DNA from: Acidobacteriota bacterium
Lineage (GTDB): Bacteria; Acidobacteriota; UBA6911; JACQSX01
Length of the DNA stretch: 64,000 nt
Assembly (NCBI GenBank): GCA_036507075.1
Contig: DASXQR010000083.1
Span: 64,001-128,000 of the forward strand
Direction: 5' to 3'
Shown: in pieces, positions 9,720 to 19,377 of the stretch
How the letters are laid out: each line of letters begins with the position of its first letter
Position numbering within the stretch: the first letter of the stretch is position 1
Program-made: the position numbers and the translations under genes
The notes under the pieces: model-generated
Database searches by the model: none
What the model was told of the DNA's origin: nothing
What the model saw: the letters and a program-made list of their open reading frames with translations, nothing else

Positions 9720-11090
9720 TTAATCCGGAATCTTGTACTTCCTAACCTTATATCTCAGCGTGTCGCGCGAGATGTGGAGCAGTTTGGCTGCGTTTGTCTT
9801 GTTGCCTCGTGCCATCTGCAGCGACTGCTGGATGAGCCGCTTTTCCACATCGTATAGAGAGGCGCCGCCCGGCGGAAGGCGCCACTCCCCATCCCCTTCT
9901 TCGCCCAGCGGGGCGTTGGCCAAAACGCGGATCGGAAACTGTTCTACATCGAGCTGGTCAGAGTCGGCCAGTATCATGGCGCGCTCGACTGCGTTCTTCA
10001 GTTCGCGAACATTCCCCGGCCAAGAGTACTCGGCCAGTATTTTCTCGGCGCTTCGGGTGAGACCCCGGATCGATTTCTTGAAGGTGCTATTGTAGTGAGC
10101 GATGAAGTGCTTTAAAAGCACAGGTATGTCTTCTTTGCGCTCGCGCAGCGGCGGCAGGCGAATCGGGACAATCGAAAGCCGGTAAAAGAGGTCTTCCCGA
10201 AACGCCTTCTTTCTTACCATCGATTCCAGTTCTCTGTTGGAAGCGGCGACGACGCGCACGTCAATAGGGATGTCCTTGACCCCTCCGATGCGGCGCAGCG
10301 ATCGATCTTCCAGGATCCGCAGCAGTTTTGACTGCAGATGAAGCGGGAGTTCTCCGATTTCATCCAGGAAAATCGTGCCGCCATCCGCCAGCTCGAACAG
10401 TCCCTTCTTGCTGGCTCGGGCGTCGGTGAAGGCTCCCTTCTCATGCCCGAACAGCTCGCTTTCCATCAGCGTCTCGGGAAGGGCCGCGCAGTTTTGAATC
10501 ACCAGCGGGTTGGAGGCGCGGCGGCTGTGATAATGCAATGCCCTGGCGGCAAGATCTTTTCCCGTTCCGCTCTCTCCCTCAATCAGAAGGGTGTGGGTCT
10601 CGCTTGCCGCCAGCTTCCTGATCAAATCTTTGGCCTTGCGAATCTCGGGTGAGTTACCGACGATGTTCTCAATCGAGTATTCCGACTTGATCTCCGAGGT
10701 GACGCGGCCTACCGCCGCTCTCAGGTGCTGCGCTTCGAGCGCGTTCTTCAGTGTGTTCTCGAGCCGCTCGAAGTTGATCGGTTTCTCCAGGAAATCAAAA
10801 GCTCCGAGCTGCAAGGCGCGCACGGCGTCCTCGACGGAACCATGCCCGGTAATCATCACAACGGGGAGGTCGGGCCACTGTTTTTTGATCTTGATGAGCA
10901 ATTCCAGGCCGCGCAGGTCAGGCAGGCGCATATCCAGTGTGAGACCATCGACGGGTTGTGCTTCCAAAGTCTGCAGAGCCGCAACGCCGCTTTCCGCCTC
11001 CAAAACGCCATAGCTCCACGATTCCAGTTTCTGCCGGAGCGACCAGCGCAAGAGCCGCTCGTCGTCAACAATCAATATTGTCTTTGCCAT
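9720..11090 (-). CDS. sigma54-dependent response regulator (NtrC/AtoC/ZraR family)
   Basis: Receiver domain, GESGTGKD Walker A, GAFTDA loop, WPGNVREL, Fis-type HTH. Confidence 0.95.
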   Translation of the reverse strand: MAKTILIVDDERLLRWSLRQKLESWSYGVLEAESGVAALQTLEAQPVDGLTLDMRLPDLRGLELLIKIKKQWPDLPVVMITGHGSVEDAVRALQLGAFDFLEKPINFERLENTLKNALEAQHLRAAVGRVTSEIKSEYSIENIVGNSPEIRKAKDLIRKLAASETHTLLIEGESGTGKDLAARALHYHSRRASNPLVIQNCAALPETLMESELFGHEKGAFTDARASKKGLFELADGGTIFLDEIGELPLHLQSKLLRILEDRSLRRIGGVKDIPIDVRVVAASNRELESMVRKKAFREDLFYRLSIVPIRLPPLRERKEDIPVLLKHFIAHYNSTFKKSIRGLTRSAEKILAEYSWPGNVRELKNAVERAMILADSDQLDVEQFPIRVLANAPLGEEGDGEWRLPPGGASLYDVEKRLIQQSLQMARGNKTNAAKLLHISRDTLRYKVRKYKIPD

Positions 11091-11094
11091 TGGC

Positions 11095-11772
11095 TTATCC
11101 CTTGACCAGAGTGATTTCAAATCCCTTCCGGCCGGGTAGCACTCGAATCGAGCCCTTCATAGCTGCCAGCCGGCGCGCCACAATGCACAAACCCAACCCG
11201 GCCCGGCCTGAAACGGTTGAGAAGAAGGGCCGGAACAGGTTTGAAACAACCTCTGGTTCCATCACGCGCCTTTTGTTCCGAATCTCTATTTGTACCTTAT
11301 TCCCTCCAGAGTTGACTCGTAACTGCACGGGTCCTCCACCATGCTCGACGCCGTTTTGCAGCAGCTCGAAAAGCACAGATTGCAACATTGCAGCGTCGCA
11401 TCGGAGCTGCAGAGATGCAGGAAGGCGCGACACTCGAATATTTTCTGCGCCATCGGGAAGCATTTCGCGGACCGCGTCCACCACAACGTCCAAGAAAACC
11501 GGTTCCATGTTAGGTGCCGGCTCAGTCGTAAAATCGAGAAACTGTTGCAAGACGCGGTCCACTTTCCGGATCTCCGCATCTATCTCGAAAGTGATCTCTC
11601 GGCCTTCGTTCGAGAAGTGTTCGGTATCCCGGAGCACTTCGACGGCCGCCTTGACTGCCGCAAGCGGACTGCGAATCTCATGAGCCAGTCCTGCTGCCAT
11701 TTCTCGGTCCACCAGCCGGGATTTGCGTGTTCTCTTCCTTCCAGCGGATAACGGGTCGACCCGTCCTCTCAT
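11095..11772 (-). CDS. Short sensorless histidine kinase-like protein with degenerate G1 box
   Basis: H-box AHEIRSPL, N-box, FFST..GLGL; RNKRRVM in place of DxGxG. Start uncertain. Confidence 0.75.
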   Translation of the reverse strand: MRGRVDPLSAGRKRTRKSRLVDREMAAGLAHEIRSPLAAVKAAVEVLRDTEHFSNEGREITFEIDAEIRKVDRVLQQFLDFTTEPAPNMEPVFLDVVVDAVREMLPDGAENIRVSRLPASLQLRCDAAMLQSVLFELLQNGVEHGGGPVQLRVNSGGNKVQIEIRNKRRVMEPEVVSNLFRPFFSTVSGRAGLGLCIVARRLAAMKGSIRVLPGRKGFEITLVKG

Positions 11773-11864
11773 CGGCCCATCTTAACAACTCCGGCGGCGG
11801 CTCCTGTACGTTTTTGGGTGTTTTGAACGATGCGCAGTCCTCCCCGCAGCGAACATCACCTAAC

Positions 11865-12013
11865 TCAGTACCGCGGGCGTCAGCCTGCGCCAGGAGGACG
11901 AAACTATCTCCGCCAACGTCAGAACCGCGGGCGTCAGCCCGCGTCGAAACGCAAGAAATCTGAACCAATTTTATCTTGATGATTAAGCGCGGGCTGACAC
12001 CGGCGGTACTGAC
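11865..12013. repeat. REP-like cluster (TCAGTACCGCGGGCGTCAGCC), two direct copies and one inverted
   Basis: Copies near 11865, 11918 and (inverted) 11988. Confidence 0.65.
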
Positions 12014-12050
12014 TTGGGTAAATACCGCTAAGTGTTAGAATCGCATCCGC

Positions 12051-13295
12051 ATGAACACGGAAATGGTGACTTTTTACGAAATCAAGAACTACCTCCATTT
12101 CTCTGAGCTGGATATTGACACCCTTAAACAGCTCGGTCCCATGTTCCGTCCGCATTTGAAGGAAATGGCAGATCGTTTTTATGCGGAGATTCCTGACCAT
12201 CCGGATGCCTATAAGGTATTCAGCGGTCCTGCGCAAATTGAAAGGCTGAAGGAATCGCTGCAGGTGTGGGGCGCCGGTTTGTTCTCCGGAGATTACGGCG
12301 AGGATTACGCGCGGCAACGCTATCAGATCGGCTATACGCACGTGCGCATCCAGCTTGCGCAAAAATATGTCATCAGCGCCATGGCAGTAGTGCGCGAGTT
12401 CCTGCATGAAAAAATAAACGAGCAGGTCGATGACGCGCTCCTTCGCATGCAAGCTCATATCAGTATCGACAAAGTTCTGGATCTGGATCTGAACCTGATG
12501 TGCGAGGCCTACTTCGCAGCCAGCCTGCAGGCGCTGACCGATATCAACCGTCGGCTGGAAGAAATGAATCAGAAGCTGCGTGAATCCAGCCAGGTGAAAA
12601 GTGAATTCCTGGCCAGGACATCGCACGAATTGCGTACCCCTCTAAGCTCGATACTCGGTTTTATCCGGCTTGTGCTGGACGGCCTTTGTGAGACACGGGA
12701 AGAGGAAATGGATTTGCTTAACGATGCGTTTCAAGCCGCCGAGCATCTGCTTTCCATTGTCAACGACTTGCTGGACGTGGCGCGCATTGAAGCCGGCAAG
12801 CTGCAGGTTCAGGGCAGGCCTGTGGACCTTCGACCCATCCTGGACCAGGTTATTTCGCTGACTGCATTGCAGGCCCAGCAGAAAGGCATCAAGTTGTTAG
12901 ATGAAACGCACGATAAAGACCTGCCAAGAGTCTGGGCCGATCCGGAACGCTTGAAACAGGTAATCATCAACATTGTCGGAAATGCAGTTAAATTTACAGA
13001 CTATGGCTATGTAACCGTGCGTGCTCGATCGGATGATTCCTTCGTGCGTTTTGAAGTGATTGATACAGGGATTGGCATCGAAAGAGAGAGGCAGAGGGAG
13101 CTGTTCGAAAAATTCAAGCAGGTCGACAGTTCGCTGACACGCAGGCACGGCGGGAGCGGGTTGGGACTGGCCATCAGCAAGCATTTGATAGAAACAATGG
13201 GCGGAGCGATCGAATTGTATAGCGAGGGCTTAGGCCGCGGGACCCACCTGCACTTCACCGTTCCTGTTTGGCGAGAGCCTTCGGATGACAAATGA
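12051..13295 (+). CDS. Globin-coupled (protoglobin) sensor histidine kinase
   Basis: N-terminal globin fold (FY..I, IGYTHVRI proximal His), SHELRTPL, NAVKFT, DTGIG, GSGLGL; no TM helix. Confidence 0.9.
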   Translation: MNTEMVTFYEIKNYLHFSELDIDTLKQLGPMFRPHLKEMADRFYAEIPDHPDAYKVFSGPAQIERLKESLQVWGAGLFSGDYGEDYARQRYQIGYTHVRIQLAQKYVISAMAVVREFLHEKINEQVDDALLRMQAHISIDKVLDLDLNLMCEAYFAASLQALTDINRRLEEMNQKLRESSQVKSEFLARTSHELRTPLSSILGFIRLVLDGLCETREEEMDLLNDAFQAAEHLLSIVNDLLDVARIEAGKLQVQGRPVDLRPILDQVISLTALQAQQKGIKLLDETHDKDLPRVWADPERLKQVIINIVGNAVKFTDYGYVTVRARSDDSFVRFEVIDTGIGIERERQRELFEKFKQVDSSLTRRHGGSGLGLAISKHLIETMGGAIELYSEGLGRGTHLHFTVPVWREPSDDK

Positions 13296-13702
13296 AAACA
13301 GTGCTGGTAGTCGAAGACAACCCGCTGATCCTGAAGTTCTATCGCATGGCTCTGGAGCGTCAGGGTGGATTTAGAGTGCGCACCACCGAGAATGTAAACG
13401 AGATAGTTACCCTGGCGCGGTCCAAGAGTGTGGACGCCGTGATTCTGGACATCTCGCTTTCCAATGCCGAGTATCAGGGTAAGAAAATCGATGGCATCCA
13501 AATCGCGAGGATCTTACGCGAGGATCCCGCGTCTGCTGATATTCCGATCCTGGTGATTACTGCGCATGCGATGGAAGGAGACCGCGAGCGCATTATTCTG
13601 GCCACCGGCGCCGACGATTATCTGCAGAAGCCGATCTACGACACACAGAAACTGGTGGCGAAAATCAATGAGTTGATCCGTTCGCGCAACGAGCAGCCTT
13701 AA
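13292..13702 (+). CDS. Single-domain response regulator
   Basis: VEDN, ILD, TAHAM, KP motifs; ATGA overlap with the kinase. Confidence 0.92.
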   Translation: MKTVLVVEDNPLILKFYRMALERQGGFRVRTTENVNEIVTLARSKSVDAVILDISLSNAEYQGKKIDGIQIARILREDPASADIPILVITAHAMEGDRERIILATGADDYLQKPIYDTQKLVAKINELIRSRNEQP

Positions 13703-13902
13703 AGCACTCCACGCGAGTGTAAATCAAGGATGACGTAGGCAAGGTACAACACAAGCCCGGCGATGCCGCAAGTCAGGCCAAGTCCCAGGAACAGCGTGAC
13801 GGTGCGTGGCGTGAACCAGATCAGGGACACAACCATGGTGGCCAGGGCGATCGTGATCAGGATGGCTGAGATTTGCAAGGTAACGGCAGTTAAGGTTTTC
13901 AT
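13699..13902 (-). CDS. Small two-TM membrane protein
   Basis: Two hydrophobic helices; ATGA-coupled to the cytochrome gene. Confidence 0.7.
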   Translation of the reverse strand: MKTLTAVTLQISAILITIALATMVVSLIWFTPRTVTLFLGLGLTCGIAGLVLYLAYVILDLHSRGVL

Positions 13903-14492
13903 CGGTTCTGCGCCTGTTTTTGCTCTGGATGCACCGGTCCGTGACATTGCAGGCAGTCGGTCTCTTTAGCGGCAATCTGCTTTTGCAGATCTGCGTCATG
14001 TTTCTCCAGAAAACGTCGAGATTCTCCGTGGCAGTGGAGGCAATTCTGGAAATTGTAGGTCCCGCGTAACTTAATGGGGAGCCCGTAAGTGCCGGTTTCG
14101 TACTTCCAAACATGCCGAATCCCCGCCATTTTCGCTTTCACGGGACCGAATACTGTGTAATCGGTATGGCACGAGTAGCACTGATTTTCGAGAATGAACC
14201 GATTCTGATAGTGCCTGGAAGCCAGCGTTTCGCTTTTGGGGTTTTTCAGGTCATTAATAAACGGCCCCATTACATGACATGAACCGCAGAACTCCGGGCT
14301 CTTGGCGTTCTCCATTGTCGTATGTGCGCCCAGCCACAGTGACAGTGTAGGAAACACCGCAACTCCAAATAGAAGAAGCCAGTGTCGCTCGGGCGAATTG
14401 GGCCTTTTTGCCACTCGCACCATCCCCACCAGAATCGCCAGCGAGACCAAGCCCACTACCAGAGAGATGGAATGCAGGTTGAGAGTAGTCAT
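13899..14492 (-). CDS. NapC/NirT-like membrane tetraheme cytochrome c
   Basis: Two N-terminal TM helices; FCGSCHVM, CYSCH, CLHCH, CLQCH. Confidence 0.85.
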   Translation of the reverse strand: MTTLNLHSISLVVGLVSLAILVGMVRVAKRPNSPERHWLLLFGVAVFPTLSLWLGAHTTMENAKSPEFCGSCHVMGPFINDLKNPKSETLASRHYQNRFILENQCYSCHTDYTVFGPVKAKMAGIRHVWKYETGTYGLPIKLRGTYNFQNCLHCHGESRRFLEKHDADLQKQIAAKETDCLQCHGPVHPEQKQAQNR

Positions 14493-14969
14493 AAGGAAAT
14501 GGCAGCAGTTTTCGGACCAGATTCTCACTGGCACTCGGTCTTTATTCGAAACGGCGGAGTTACTCGGCGGTTCTACCTGCTTCACAATCTGACGTCTGGG
14601 ATGATTATCTTCAGTTTCCCATTGCTGGCCAACGGTTAATGTAGTCTCTGGTCAGGGTTTCTTCACTACAGCGAAAAACTTCGCGCGCTCATGGGGCCAA
14701 TCGGGCACGGTCGCATGCGTTGGCCGCCGCGTTCTCCCGAGCGGGTCTTTTCGCGCAGAGTCTGGGTGAATTGCCAAAATGGACGGCTGTCAGGATTCAC
14801 TTTTCTGAAAGCTTTGGCCCCCTTGCCGGCTGGGCCGAGTGCCGAATTGCGAGTTTAGGTGCTTCCACACTCGTCGAGCACTGGCCGCCCATGGCTTCTA
14901 TCGCCCTCTGCGTTTTCCGCAATGCGCAATTACTCCCACTGGTGTGAGAAAACACGCGGTTTTTTTTGA

Positions 14970-14984
14970 GCTAAAAAAGTGCCA
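14970..14984 (-). promoter_or_regulatory. sigma54 promoter candidate (TGGCACTTTTTTAGC)
   Basis: Perfect TGGCAC and GG-N10-GC, but about 480 bp from the NapC-like start. Confidence 0.4.
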
Positions 14985-15072
14985 GGCACCACCCACAATT
15001 TCCCGGTGCCGATGATGATCTGTTTTCAGTCAGTTAGTCAGCCCGGGCGGAGGTCGATTCTGTGGTCGCTTC

Positions 15073-15087
15073 TGGCACATGAGTTGC
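15073..15087 (+). promoter_or_regulatory. sigma54 promoter (TGGCACATGAGTTGC)
   Basis: Perfect TGGCAC-N5-TTGC consensus. Confidence 0.75.
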
Positions 15088-15469
15088 TCTCTAAAAAGTG
15101 GCTAGTGAATCTGCTTCACAGCAGAGGCGTAATGAACGCAAAGTTTCCGCTGAGCTTGCGATGGAAACTCTGCGGAAACTCTGCGCTCTTCACACGTGAA
15201 GGACATGTGCACCTCTGAGGCCGCTTCCAGCGGCCTTTCCCGCAGGGGTTTCAGCCCCGGCCTTCCCAGGCCGGGGGTTAAACGCGACCTAAAATTATCC
15301 GAGGCCGTTTTAACGGCCTTTTTCCTTCTGTCCGCCGGCCTTGAGGCCGGCCGACTGCTCCGTCGGATCCTGGGTGCATTCCAATCTACGGATCAAAGTG
15401 CCTTGAGCATGGTGTTCTTTTTTCCTCCGGATGTAGTCACAAACAACAGATTGATCCATAGAATCTGCA

Positions 15470-15784
15470 GCGGCGTGAAGCTGGTTTCCCGCATTTCGGA
15501 CGAATCTATGACCTGAAAAAGGTCCTGAAATCACTTCCTCGACCGGTGCTTATTGGCCCCGCTGCGTTAGGCGGGTTTTCTTGAGCGTTAAGTGCGCCTT
15601 TTCATCCATCCTGAAGGCAAATTACGCGCGTTGGGACTGCAACATCAGCACCACCAAGGACCAGAAGCATGGATCCGATGTCGACCCGTTGAAAGCGGCG
15701 ACAGTCCTGGCGAGGACTGCCATGACTTCAGACGTAAAGCCGGAAACCCTCGAGGCGCAGATCAGAGCCGAAATTGCCAATTAA
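15470..15784 (+). pseudogene. Frameshifted remnant of an unknown gene (copy 1)
   Basis: Paralogous to 17612-17776 plus 24004-24052. Frame ITSSTGAYWPRCVRRVF...WDCNISTTKDQKHGSDV is kept with synonymous and conservative changes. Confidence 0.6.
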
Positions 15785-16370
15785 TTTGAATTGCCGGCGG
15801 GGCGGCGACGAGTAACGAGACAGAGTCGATCTCCCCTTGATTCGTATCAGCTGACGGAACGCTCGGAGAAATATGACCGGCTTTCCCAACGAATGTTCTT
15901 CTGATAAAGTTGATGATCATGATGCCTTCTTGTGTTGCTTGGCGTAAGAAACATCTAGGCCTTAGCGCTGAGAACACGGACCCTCCTTCGGCCGAACCGA
16001 CGCCTTTTTAGTCTCCTTTTACTTTCAGCTTTAGTTGAACTTATTTCTGGCGCAGCAGCCGTTTTCCAGTCTCATACCCGGCCGAGGTGCCTGGAGAGTT
16101 GTGGAGGATTCCGTGGATCTAGCAACGATAATTGTGATCGTTCTTGGCGTTGCCTTTCTTTGCTTTGTGTTTTGGCTCGCGACTGTGAGCAGGAGGGATC
16201 CGAAGCAATAAGGAATAAAGCGAGAACACTCCGGCAGTATCTGTGAGAAAACTCAAGAGGGACCAGCCTGCTATGACCTGTCAGCCTGATCCCCGAGGTT
16301 GGTGAATGTTTACGTTTATCGAAGAGCAGGGAAAAGAGGCACACTGCAATCGTCCCCAAAGTATCAAAAA

Positions 16371-17519
16371 ATGGGTTGTCTACTAAGACTGGCACTGGAT
16401 AATTCGCTGCCTCTGCTGGCCGGAACATCGGCGGCCCTTCTATGGGCAAATCTCGACCCCGGAGTCTACCAATCGGTGTCGGAACCGTTGCATTTTGTCG
16501 TAAACGAAATCGGAATGGTATTCTTCTTCGCCCTGGCCGCAAAGGAAGTCTGCGAAGCGTTGTTGCCCGCAGGACCCTTGGCGTCGTTGAGCCGAGCCGC
16601 CCTGCCGTTGATGGCGACAGTGGGAGGAATGGTCGGCCCCGCCAGCCTCTATCTTCTCGGTGCCTGGTTCTTCGGACATAATGAGTTAGCAAGGGGCTGG
16701 GCGATTCCTTGCGCGACTGATATCGCATTCAGCTACTTGACAACGCGAGCAATATTTGGGGCGAAGCATCCGGCAGTCATTTTCCTGCTGTTGCTGGCAC
16801 TTGCTGACGACGCATTGGGACTCGTCATTCTCGCCTCGTTTTATCCGACTTCCAGCATCAATCTGTTCTGGCTCGCTCTGCTCGCAGGCGGAGGAGTCGG
16901 GCTCGGTCTGCTCCTAAAAAAGACCGGATGGCAATCCTTTTGGATCTATCTATTCGGGCCGGGTGTACTAACCTGGATCGGCTTCTATCTTGGTGGAATT
17001 CATCCAGCGCTGGCTCTTGTCCCAGTTGTATTTTGCATGCCGCATGAGTCCAGGGATCTCGGGATCTTTGACGACCGCGAGGTTGGTCAGAGCGATACAC
17101 TCAGCAGATTAGAGCGCTGGTGGAAAGATCCCGTCCAGGTCATATTAGGCCTTTTCGGCTTTGCCAACGCGGGAGTAGAGCTGACTGCTACCGGGCCCGC
17201 GACATGGCTTGTGCTGGGCGGACTGCTGCTCGGCAAACCTCTTGGCATTCTTCTAGCGACGCGGCTCGGAGCATTATTCGGATTGCGTCTGCCGGACGGG
17301 ATCGGTTGGAAAGATCTGAGCGTGGTTTCTGCTGCGGCAAGCATTGGGTTCACTGTCGCGCTTTTTGTCTCCACGGTGGCGTTTGCATTCGGTACGGCGC
17401 TGGACCACGCAAAAATGGGCGCGCTGCTGAGCCTTGTTGCAGCACCTCTTTCCATAATTCTGGCAAAAATTCTGGGAGTGAAAAAAAGGAGACTTCATCG
17501 TCTTTTTCAATTCTCATAA
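16371..17519 (+). CDS. nhaA: Na+/H+ antiporter NhaA
   Basis: GWAIPCATDIAF, LALADDALG, FANAGV, GKPLG and SIGFTVALF motifs. Confidence 0.92.
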   Translation: MGCLLRLALDNSLPLLAGTSAALLWANLDPGVYQSVSEPLHFVVNEIGMVFFFALAAKEVCEALLPAGPLASLSRAALPLMATVGGMVGPASLYLLGAWFFGHNELARGWAIPCATDIAFSYLTTRAIFGAKHPAVIFLLLLALADDALGLVILASFYPTSSINLFWLALLAGGGVGLGLLLKKTGWQSFWIYLFGPGVLTWIGFYLGGIHPALALVPVVFCMPHESRDLGIFDDREVGQSDTLSRLERWWKDPVQVILGLFGFANAGVELTATGPATWLVLGGLLLGKPLGILLATRLGALFGLRLPDGIGWKDLSVVSAAASIGFTVALFVSTVAFAFGTALDHAKMGALLSLVAAPLSIILAKILGVKKRRLHRLFQFS

Positions 17520-17611
17520 TGCTCCACACCGCTTTCGGCGCTTTACTGACATGGCGAGCGACCGCCTGAAGCAACGCAAATCAGATGCCAGGATTTCCGT
17601 CGGAGTGCTAC

Positions 17612-17776
17612 AGAGGCGGGAAACAGGTTTTCCAGCATTGCGGGCGAATCTACAACCTTGAAAAAGGCCTGAATCACGGCCTCAACCGGTCCTTATTGGC
17701 CCCGCTGTGTCAGGCGGATTTTCATGAGCGTTCAGTGCGCCTTTTCACCCATGCTGGAGGCAAATCACACGCGTTG
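17612..17776 (+). pseudogene. Left half of the split remnant (copy 2)
   Basis: Similar to 15470-15633; similarity stops abruptly at 17776. Confidence 0.6.
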
Positions 17777-17863
17777 CGGCCCGTTGACCGATCCCACAGC
17801 GCGGAATCTCCTTGCCCGAAGCGTGAATAGAAGCTAATTTTCACACGGGGTAAAGTCCCGTAT

Positions 17864-17878
17864 TGGATCGCGAGTTGC
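17864..17878 (+). promoter_or_regulatory. sigma54 promoter candidate (TGGATCGCGAGTTGC)
   Basis: GG-N10-GC with TTGC directly before the operon; the -24 box deviates from consensus. Confidence 0.4.
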
Positions 17879-17901
17879 GTTACTGTAGTGTCGAAAAATC
17901 T

Positions 17902-18333
17902 ATGAAACGAAGCGAAAAGCTAAGAAAGTTGTCCGAAGATCACCATCATGGTCTGGTGGTGGCGATGGTCCTAAAGGGTGAAAGAAAGCTTCCCGAGGCG
18001 CTCGGCTGGAATGGGCCTCTGCGCACGATCCGTGCCCGCCTGCTGTCCTTTTGGGATACAGACCTGCAAAAACATTTTCGGCAGGAGGAAGAGGAAGTAT
18101 TTCCCGCCGCCGATTTAATCTCACCCGCCGCGCATGCACTTTGCGAGTCTCTCCGCTCTGAGCATCAGGTAATCAGGCAGCAGATCGGTAATATCCGAGC
18201 TGCTAACGAAAAGGATCTGGCGCCGTTACTGGCCGGTCTGGGAAATATTCTGGAACAGCACATCCGAAAGGAAGAGCGCGAGCTGTTTGAGCTGATAGAA
18301 GCAGCGGGTGTGGAGGATATGAAGGACAGCTGA
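17902..18333 (+). CDS. Hemerythrin-like (HHE) domain protein
   Basis: LSEDHHHGL, HFRQEEE..FP, EH and HIRKEERELF motifs. Confidence 0.85.
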   Translation: MKRSEKLRKLSEDHHHGLVVAMVLKGERKLPEALGWNGPLRTIRARLLSFWDTDLQKHFRQEEEEVFPAADLISPAAHALCESLRSEHQVIRQQIGNIRAANEKDLAPLLAGLGNILEQHIRKEERELFELIEAAGVEDMKDS

Positions 18334-19370
18334 TGTTCAGGACGATCAATATCCGCGCATTGGCAGTCGCTGCGCTGACAACACTTATTCTGGTGCTGAT
18401 GATCGTCGCCGGTTCGCGCAATCTTCAGAACTTCGACGCAGCGCTTGTCGGTTATCTGTTCGCCACGATTTTTGCGGTTTTTGGAATCACCTACCGATAT
18501 GCGGTCTGGCTGCAAAGACCCCCTACACGCTTGTACTGGCGCCGCGGTTGGCAACTGCTGTTTTCGCGGCATCTGGTCGGCGGCGTCAAAGCTATTATCC
18601 GAAGCATAACGACCGACTACATAGCACAGCGGTTCATCGCCAGAAGATCGTGGCCCCGGTGGGCGGTTCATTTTCTGCTCGCTTGGGGATGTATCATCGC
18701 GTTCGCGGTCACCTTTCCGCTTGTTTTCGGGTGGATTCATTTTGAGACTCTCCCAGGATCTCCGATTCAATATCGGACCTTCATCTTTGGGTTTCCAGCG
18801 ATGCGTTTCTATGTTCAATCGGTGCTGGCGTGGAACATATTCCACGCTCTCGACTGGGCGGCCGTGATGGTGGTTGCCGGCGTCGTTTTCGCCGTCAGAA
18901 GACGACTCGTCGACCCCGGCCTGCTTGCAACGCAGACATTTTCTCGTGACTGGCTGCCACTCATAATTCTGTTTGCGGTCTCGATCACGGGTCTTCTTCT
19001 GACGGCGAGCGCGATGTGGATGAAAGGGGCGCACTACAGCTTTCTGGCGCTGACGCACGAAATTACAGTGATTTTCTTCTTAATCTGGCTGCCCTTCGGG
19101 AAGTTCTTTCATATTTTCCAGCGCCCGGCTCAATTGGGAGTTTCCGTCTACAAGCAGGCAGGCAGTGATCTGCCTGCAGCACGGTGCGCGCGCTGCGGAA
19201 CAGAATACGCCTCAACCCTGCATGTGAACGATCTTAAACAAGTAACAAAAGAACTTGGGATGGATTACGAATATTCCTCAAACGACCATCATCTTGATCT
19301 CTGCCCTGCCTGCAAGAGGGCTCGCTATGCCGAGTCTCACATGCAGGCGAAGAGAGGGCAAGCGTTCTAA
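18333..19370 (+). CDS. NarI/DsrM-like polytopic membrane protein with C-terminal CxxC..CxxC
   Basis: About 7 TM helices; H-x17-H pair ending PFGKFFH; CARC and CPAC tail; TGATG coupling. Confidence 0.7.
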   Translation: MFRTINIRALAVAALTTLILVLMIVAGSRNLQNFDAALVGYLFATIFAVFGITYRYAVWLQRPPTRLYWRRGWQLLFSRHLVGGVKAIIRSITTDYIAQRFIARRSWPRWAVHFLLAWGCIIAFAVTFPLVFGWIHFETLPGSPIQYRTFIFGFPAMRFYVQSVLAWNIFHALDWAAVMVVAGVVFAVRRRLVDPGLLATQTFSRDWLPLIILFAVSITGLLLTASAMWMKGAHYSFLALTHEITVIFFLIWLPFGKFFHIFQRPAQLGVSVYKQAGSDLPAARCARCGTEYASTLHVNDLKQVTKELGMDYEYSSNDHHLDLCPACKRARYAESHMQAKRGQAF

Positions 19371-19377
19371 ATCACTT

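Noticed and set aside
9644..9720. CT-rich 20-bp tandem duplication
   Set aside because: Low-complexity slippage with no evident function.
16000..16370. nhaA-I/II riboswitch upstream of nhaA
   Set aside because: I could not recognise the consensus by eye; an Rfam search is needed.
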